DNA from: a virus
Length of the DNA stretch: 64,000 nt
Strand: one strand, 5' to 3'
IMG/VR virus record: IMGVR_UViG_3300046168_000070
Coordinates: 129,845-193,844 of that record
Shown: positions 57,901 through 64,000 of the stretch, piece after piece
How positions within the stretch are numbered: position 1 is the first letter of the stretch
Layout: the number at the start of each line of letters is the position of its first letter
Program-made: the position numbers and the translations under genes
The notes under the pieces: model-generated
The model's database searches: none
What the model was told of the DNA's origin: nothing
Seen by the model: only the letters and a program-made list of their open reading frames with translations

Positions 57901-60900
57901 AACATACGATGAAAATGATATAAACTTTAATAGAGATTTAATTGCTTGGTTTGATTTTAGCGAAGGCTCTATAAACGATATTAACGGCAACAAACATCTC
58001 TCTTCATCGACGACCTTCTCTATCGTCGAAGGTAGAAAAAAATTAGAATTAATAGATGATGGATCTGAAATATTCTTAGGTAAAATGCCTGGAGGAAGTA
58101 ACTTACTTTTCAATATGTCTGGTAATAGAGCTATATACAAAACCTCAGGAATAAATAGCTTACCAAGCATTGAATTCAATAAAGATAACCTATCTTTTTT
58201 AGACTCCAACTTTGAATTAGATTTCACTAGTAGCTTTACTTTGTATTTTTGCTTTCAAAGCTTAGGAAACAACAATGACTTTGCTCCTATCGTCGATTTT
58301 TCAAATTCTGAGTCTGAAGGATTATCGATACTATGGAAAGATACTCCAGACCAAAATTACCTTGGTGAGTTAAAACTCCTAATTAACGGAGAAGAATTAA
58401 TTCTCAAAGAAGGCAACTTTATAAGAAACACTAACGTGGTTTCTCTTGAATGGAATGTTCATAAAGAAAAATTATTCTTAACAATAAACAACTCAAGGTT
58501 ATCATCTGCTCCAAGAGCTTTAACTAAAACAGGTCTACAAACCAATTTTGCTAAGACTCCACTGTCTTTAGGTAAATTCTATTACGACTTCAACAATGAA
58601 CTAATAACATTTAATGGATTATTATCTGAGTTGATTTTAAATAAAAATTATTCAGATCCTAAAATTTTGGAATATTTTTCATGCAAGTATAACGCAATAC
58701 ATCCTGGGTATCCAGTAGATTATATATATGATGATGATAATCCTTCAATGCTTTTTGATCTTTCAGAATTAAAGCAAACTATAGGCGAAGGCTCTACGTC
58801 TCTCGGCAGACTTAAATGTGATTTACAAAATCCAATTTTTTCAATCGTAGACAGCGAAGATTTCACTATAAATGAAGACGGCTACATTGCATTAACATCT
58901 CCAGCGGACAGAGAAATAGATTCATATACATTTACAATACTGGTTGAAGATGAAGACTCAGATCTAAGCGAAACAATTAGCTTCATAAGTTATGTCCAAA
59001 TAGACAATATTATCGCAATCATTAATGACTCTAATCTCGTTAAATATGTTTCTTCAGAAAATAAATCAGCAGGGAAAAACTTAGGTCGAGTATCAACAAC
59101 CGAACCTGTAGATTGGTCAATTTTTTCAAGCTCAAGCGCCAGCGTTTCTATCGACTCTTTAGGTAATATTGAATTAGCAGAAGACATCCCAGATGGAGAG
59201 ACTACCTTTAGTTTTACGATTTCAGCAACAGACTACCAGGATAACATAACATCAACAACGCATACGGTTGAAATAGTTGATCTAGAAGGACACACAGAGA
59301 TAGAATTCATCCCAACATATAATAACTACCTTGATATTGAGACTATCGTTCTGCCAAACTCTGCATGGATAGAATTTGAGACAGAGGGAGAATCAGATAT
59401 TTTTGAGATTAAAACAAGTTCGCTTTTTAACTCAAATGGGTTACAAGTACTCCAACAGTATAGTACTATAGATAAAAGGGAGGAAACGCACTCTCTTTCA
59501 GATTTTTTCTATGATGAAACTCTAACTTATAAAACCGCACTAAGCCCAACAACCTCGCTAAATCCAGAACATTCTTATATAGACAGCGAGACGCTAAATA
59601 ATAAATCGACAGAAACAAACCCCACCAGTTACGATCAATATTATTCAGGGGTTATTGATCTTTTTAATGAAAGCGACACAACTCCGTCAGCTGCTGATTT
59701 TACAAAACCAACAGAACTCACTACTCATTTACTCAACAATAAATTTACTGCGGATCAGGCCCCAATCTCCACCTATTTTGATTCATCAATAATTGAAAAC
59801 CCTGAACTCTCTGCCTGTAAAAAGGTTGTGGACAATTTAAAATATATTGCAGACGGAAACCCATACTCAGTAGACCCTCCAGATTTTGATATTGGACGTA
59901 ATGCCCATTATAAAATCAGGATAAATACATCCTACAATCAACGTAATAAACCGTGCAAGATTAGGCTTAAAACGGTTGGGCTCACAATAATATCTTCATA
60001 CTCAGCGACGGCTCCTGACATCAAAGTAAAAGCCGACGAAAAATCCTTCTTACAGCATTTATCATTTGGCGGTCCAGGCTTACAAACTAATATAAATAAA
60101 TTAACATTAGACTGCGAAACAGATCAATTAATCAGCTTGCGATACTTTTTACGTGCAGCAAGTTCTTGTAATGAAATTGAAAAAATAAACTTTAATACAA
60201 AAAACGTAATTACTTTATTCGAGGCATTTAGTTACATAAACACTAATAATGAAAGCATAAATAATAGTATTAAAAATTTCTTAAATTCATTATCTTTTGA
60301 AAATTTAATTGTTGCAACAAATTGCTTCCGATCTTCTCGTTTTACAGGATCTAACGATCTGAATCTCTCGTCTTGGAACACTTGGAATTTACAAAAAATT
60401 GATTCAATGTTCGAAAACGCTGAATTCTACGAAGGCGGATTATTATTTTCTTCTCAAGACATCGACTCTATAGATATGCCTAGACATTATGGCTCCTCTA
60501 GTGAATTTGATGACGTAAATCCTGACTCATTCCTGCCGAATGATTCGTACATAACTTATTTTAGCGGGATAATGAATTCAACTTTTTATACAAAAAAAAT
60601 AAGAAGCGCTCGATCTTGTTTTCAAAACATTTTAATATCATCCCAAGACCGATTTTCCACCAACTTAAATCAACAATATAGGATTGAAGAAGTAATTGAT
60701 TATCCTACTAAAAATAAAAACGGCACAGATTATAGAGTAGCATTCATGAGCTCTCAACATGGTAGATTCGTTAGATATATACGAAATTCAATAAATAACG
60801 AGTATCAAGAATTAGGAAATATAGATTGCCTCCTAAATACAGAACTTAATTTAAACTGCTTTGAATTAGACCTGTGTTGCGCATCAAGAAATATGTTTTA

Positions 60901-60991
60901 TAACACTAAGGTTGAAAAGATTAAAATCAAAAATTTAAATTTCACCAGAAAATTTGATTTAAGTTATTTTTTCTACAACTCAGAATTTTAA
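54965..60991 (+). CDS. 5' part of a giant multidomain virion/adhesin protein: LamG domains, discoidin-like insert, cadherin-like domains, DUF285/BspA-like LRRs
   Basis: FSISTWIKT...WHFLNV...FNGSVDQILL (LamG); FTINEDGYIALTSPADRE.DSYTFTILVED (cadherin-like); LSSWNTWNLQKIDSMFENA (DUF285-like). Continues past frameshifts. Confidence 0.75.
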   Translation: MSLRINRRNNFLEIKEGSNLKIFKALPKYLKSEIPDHDFPYHLGYCGDTNYGLYSEPSLHHNQDTSFLTSSAVKFDGNEFLETNEISLTNKNNFSISTWIKTSSNLEEVLITDMSYQNSGSFQLKSNNQNNRPEFSVFDGVSFISVTGHSGINDNDWHFLNVNFSCDQATKNSSIEMYIDSELQNSKSITGFIDLENITASGSFSSRENELYKLFDKNNSTYIEMSGSQEESDFYFANPITGGIDKIRYRAINDSAAYGEVKASLILKDKITEEVSTFDFQSFISSNFDSNKGVSNSSTIAKTQTPVPNAIPESGISYGPVDSIFSTGCPTDCSYFDLRGKKWFPLQEYDINYNHESLYNRGFYPLRPQDEIDYETDSAGNIIEHEPKYTYANFNTWQTDTPFLYGRDWDAPQFLDKDIIGFRYKYSPSTTENQTFGMDFSRIIEFGLYLRGNEYSLLETLPLNSFEGLTSNHNESFNLTIGSTASSNKTNFFNGSVDQILLLDKTLTQDDINSFYSERDSIEYSAQLADELKVISWYDFSNTNIIGWDRHNKVTTQELVRLYNFNNTRNDSSSYSVNPELFGSLNFSTETVNFPGYAAFFNGSSYLFDPGGREMDFQSNLTIECFLNFSTIPEDDQQTILSSKNFQVSNTSFEYYFKNDKMYFDIYQLDQKIITVESETLNISTDKYYHIAVCRNRNTINLFFNQSLCGTAELPFYVPISDPENGIYILNGFHGYVQDLRIIQDSAIYEPNLYIDDFYKRLDNQFVERHNLYTTSHYPLQESVTMSDSRGIYIPQGHYLETAHEHKAFNFHKNSFSICLWFRLENLNKSGFILGSWNDEGGYSHSYALRYVKNFRNQVNTLVFLASEDGTNFRSVKTAKLENNIISPESWYFVSITYNGNDKSLNMYLYSDSEFIDSTSMKVNSFFTIPRRDDFQINGVKHTESSNTFLDLSLSQLFFSYRTFSFIDVQKFWNSGVGITYDENDINFNRDLIAWFDFSEGSINDINGNKHLSSSTTFSIVEGRKKLELIDDGSEIFLGKMPGGSNLLFNMSGNRAIYKTSGINSLPSIEFNKDNLSFLDSNFELDFTSSFTLYFCFQSLGNNNDFAPIVDFSNSESEGLSILWKDTPDQNYLGELKLLINGEELILKEGNFIRNTNVVSLEWNVHKEKLFLTINNSRLSSAPRALTKTGLQTNFAKTPLSLGKFYYDFNNELITFNGLLSELILNKNYSDPKILEYFSCKYNAIHPGYPVDYIYDDDNPSMLFDLSELKQTIGEGSTSLGRLKCDLQNPIFSIVDSEDFTINEDGYIALTSPADREIDSYTFTILVEDEDSDLSETISFISYVQIDNIIAIINDSNLVKYVSSENKSAGKNLGRVSTTEPVDWSIFSSSSASVSIDSLGNIELAEDIPDGETTFSFTISATDYQDNITSTTHTVEIVDLEGHTEIEFIPTYNNYLDIETIVLPNSAWIEFETEGESDIFEIKTSSLFNSNGLQVLQQYSTIDKREETHSLSDFFYDETLTYKTALSPTTSLNPEHSYIDSETLNNKSTETNPTSYDQYYSGVIDLFNESDTTPSAADFTKPTELTTHLLNNKFTADQAPISTYFDSSIIENPELSACKKVVDNLKYIADGNPYSVDPPDFDIGRNAHYKIRINTSYNQRNKPCKIRLKTVGLTIISSYSATAPDIKVKADEKSFLQHLSFGGPGLQTNINKLTLDCETDQLISLRYFLRAASSCNEIEKINFNTKNVITLFEAFSYINTNNESINNSIKNFLNSLSFENLIVATNCFRSSRFTGSNDLNLSSWNTWNLQKIDSMFENAEFYEGGLLFSSQDIDSIDMPRHYGSSSEFDDVNPDSFLPNDSYITYFSGIMNSTFYTKKIRSARSCFQNILISSQDRFSTNLNQQYRIEEVIDYPTKNKNGTDYRVAFMSSQHGRFVRYIRNSINNEYQELGNIDCLLNTELNLNCFELDLCCASRNMFYNTKVEKIKIKNLNFTRKFDLSYFFYNSEF

Positions 60992-61504
60992 GATTTATAG
61001 AACTACCTGACGCTACCCCCGATTAAACCTAGTGAAAGTTTAGCTTATAGCATTACTAATATGTTTGGTAATTGTTATTTTTTAGAAAATTTAGGACTAA
61101 AAACACTAGAAGGAAAGTATGCTCAATTTGAAAACCATAAATCATTCATAGATGGGTTCTCATTTTTCAATCTTGATTATTGCGTAAATGGATCAGCTGC
61201 ATTTAGTAACTGTAAATCAATTACAAACATATCAATACCTCGATTTACTAATATATTAGATTTAAGTAATTTTGCTTATGGATGTCTGGGCGTTTCGAAG
61301 ATTGAAGGTTTCGCCACTCACTCAGAAAATAATCCTAAAATTGTATATTTATCCAAAAAAGCAGACGGAGAGTTTGACGGCATGACTGAATCTGAAGAAG
61401 TTGATTGGCTTATTGAAAATAATCTTCATTTGCAAACTTGCAATACTAAAAACTTACTTAGCTTAAAATACGCCTTTTATAATTGTGGCCAAATTCAAAA
61501 TTAG
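60988..61504 (+). pseudogene. Middle fragments of the same gene (two compensating shifts plus ORF 61061-61504)
   Basis: The reading YNSEF/LRFIELPDATP/IKPSESLAYSITNMFGNC needs -1 at T4 (60986-60989) and +1 at C5 (61016-61020). LRR pattern continues. Confidence 0.7.
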
Positions 61505-64000
61505 TTTTTACAGGTTTATCTACGAATAAAATCAAGGACTTTTCATATACATTTGGCAATTGTGAAAAATTAAGGGAAATTAGAATAGGCTTAGAATACC
61601 ACACCAACAATTATAGAAATGAAATTATAACTACGGATCGATACAACATACAACAGTACTGGGAAAATAAAGCTGAAGTGCCCGCAGAATCTATTAACTT
61701 TGTCGGCTCTTTCGGCTCTAGTAAAGGTAATGTTAAAATAAATGGCAAAGGAGATGTTTATGCAGAGTCGATTGGAGGATCAGAAGTTAAGGTTTTTCAA
61801 TACAATGAATCATTAAATCAATGGGATCAAAAAGGAGAAACAATCAGCCCTCCGTCAAATTCTTATAATAAATTTGGTCATGCTATTGAAATTGATGAAA
61901 GTGGAGATAGAATTATTATATCAGATTTTCCAGAACCTAGCTCAGCAGGCGCAGGTTATGCGCAAATATTCGAATGGAGCGGCGGTTCCTGGGGTCAGTT
62001 AGGCGACACTATAGTATCTGAAGAAAGTTTAAATGATACTTTCGGAGCAGATGTATCGATAAGTAAAGATGGTAATATAGTTGCAATATCCACAGAGGGA
62101 GATCCATTAACTCGAAACGCATCGCACCAAGTCGAATTTCAAGTGCTAACATTCACCAATCAACCAGGCGGATTTTTAACTATATATTTATCCGAGACAT
62201 ATTCTTCATACACAACCTTTGTTATTGAATTTTCTGCGCCCGAAACAGATCCAACAATAACGCAAAATGACACTACCTTAACTTTAAACTTCCCATATAA
62301 TAACTATGGCGTCTACTACCCTTACATAATCGATATAATAAACTGGCTCAACCTTCAGCCAGGCATTAGCGCAGAAGCATCCAGCACCGTAAACTTAAAT
62401 AACTCAGGATTAGAGCAAAGTGAATCAGGGCAGACAGCCTACATTTCGCCCATCACCCTTGCTAAAGGCACAAAAATCTTTTCTCTGGAAGATTCAAACT
62501 GGGTGCAGTTAGGTGAAACTATATCCGCTGGGCAATCAATAAATTTAAATCATAATGGTAGTATTATATCAATAGGAGATCCAGAATATAATACAGATAC
62601 AGCTAATAATGTTGGCAGAGTTGAGGTGTTTGAATTTAATTCAGGAGCTTGGATTAAATTAGGTTCAACAATAGTAGGCCCTGACACTAGTCCTATATTA
62701 ACAAAAACAGTTGCTAATATTGCTACAACTGACGGCGGAGCTTACGCAGATCCAGCGAGAGTCATTGAATTAGACTTAACAGAAGAATATTTAAATGTAG
62801 AAAATTTTTCTTTGAATTTTTATCAAAATGCAAGTGAGGCAGTCTTAAGTAACGGAGGATTAGATTTAGCAATCAATTTAGATTTTTCTGCGGCAGATGT
62901 TAATGAAGACTTTTTCTTTACAATACCTGTTCAAAGAAGAGAGAGCGGCCCACAATGGTGGGGACCAAATTATGTCTATCAGCGTGGAGGTGCCATTACA
63001 GTTTCTGGGGCTGGACTGAACGTAAACACCACTTTCACATTAACATTTACTGCAGCTGGAACCCCAGCAACCTTCGATCATGATATTGACAATAATACAG
63101 TAACCCTAACATACCCAAGGTTTTCATCTAATCAGACTTTTAGAGTCTGGACTACAGGTGGAGGTTCAACGTATTTAAGCATGGGCACAGATCCCTCTGT
63201 GATAAGTTTGGTTAATTTTATAAATAATCAGAGTGGATTTAGCGCGACAACTACAGCAGCGACATCGTTTGAAAACCGATCTCCTCCTGGAACATTGCAA
63301 GGAACATACAATTCTACTTATTCTGGAGAAGGTCAAGGCCCCTATGTTGAACAATTTGTAAATTGGATCAATAATTCAGTTGAAAATATCTCTGCCAGAA
63401 TTACAGTTCCTTATGATAGTGAAACAAACTCAGGTATTGAACTAGATCAGTTTTTAAGACCTCAAGACAGATCTGATATTGTAAAATCTTACACAGATGC
63501 AGACGATAATAGGTTTGGGTACAATGACATAAATTTTAATGGTAACAGGGTTATTGTCGGCGCTACTCATAGCAATACAGAGGTTGGAGAAGACTCTGGC
63601 TTAGTTAAAATTTTTGATTACAACGGCACTGAATGGACTCAAGTAGGCACCACCATAAATGGGCACGAGTCATTAGCTAAAGAAGGTTTAGTTTCTATCA
63701 ACAAGGTCGGAAACATAATAATTACTGGAGGAATAAATAAAAGAAACTTTAGAATTTTTAAAGAAATTAATAGTGAATGGGTCGAGCAACATTCAGAATC
63801 TCACATAATTTCTTCCACAAAAGAAGTTTCGGTAGATATGGATTACTCAGGAGACAACACAATATCAATACAGTCATCTGATGCAGTAGTTCGAACTAGA
63901 AAAGAAAGAGAAATACAAATTTACAATGTTAATGGCTTCTTTGATACTAGAGAATGTAGAGATTTTAGTTCAATGTTCCAAAGTTGCCTGATGTTAAATC
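61498..64000 (+). CDS. 3' part of the giant protein: LRR interrupted by a 7-blade beta-propeller with inserted domains (open to the window end; absent from the track)
   Basis: Frame open 61498-64000: KLVFTGLSTNKIKDFSYTFGNCEKLREI, then blades such as FGADVSISKDGNIVAIS and RVEVFEFNSGAWIKLGSTI, then FFDTRECRDFSSMFQSC. Confidence 0.85.

Noticed and set aside
60989-61000. In-frame TAA and TAG as stop-codon recoding or read-through
   Set aside because: The alternative frame gives a better LRR reading, and TAA, TAG and TGA all end genes normally elsewhere.
16194-63309. Duplicated domains as DGR template/variable repeats
   Set aside because: Similarity is only at protein level, not near-identical DNA with A-specific mismatches; no reverse transcriptase in the window.

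Overview
AT-rich fragment of a large tailed dsDNA phage (Caudoviricetes; no sheath gene in the window, so probably a long non-contractile tail). Bases 1-14.4 kb (minus strand) carry a tail-tube-like/FN3 fusion that the ORF track missed, a 2949-aa tape measure protein and probable tail chaperones. Bases 14.5-43.5 kb (plus) carry neck proteins, the major tail tube, a second tube paralogue and several giant fibre/adhesin proteins built from tandem repeats (264, 180, 72 and 27 bp). Bases 43.5-52 kb are a metabolic/regulatory block: glycosyltransferase, thermonuclease, SSB, sigma factor, dUTPase, spermidine synthase, NrdA, NUDIX and Hsp20. Bases 53-64 kb carry more virion proteins, a holin-like gene, a lipoprotein with unimolecular-spanin architecture, and a >3000-aa adhesin-like protein broken by three homopolymer frameshifts. 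Most notable: (i) one ~110-140 aa domain family inserted in-frame five times into three unrelated structural proteins, once inside another copy of itself, as part of multi-level nested domain insertion; (ii) a GTGTAA motif 8-13 nt upstream of many start codons, a candidate promoter for the phage sigma factor, with one T4-like RBS-occluding hairpin. All protein assignments come from motif recognition by eye; no database search was run.
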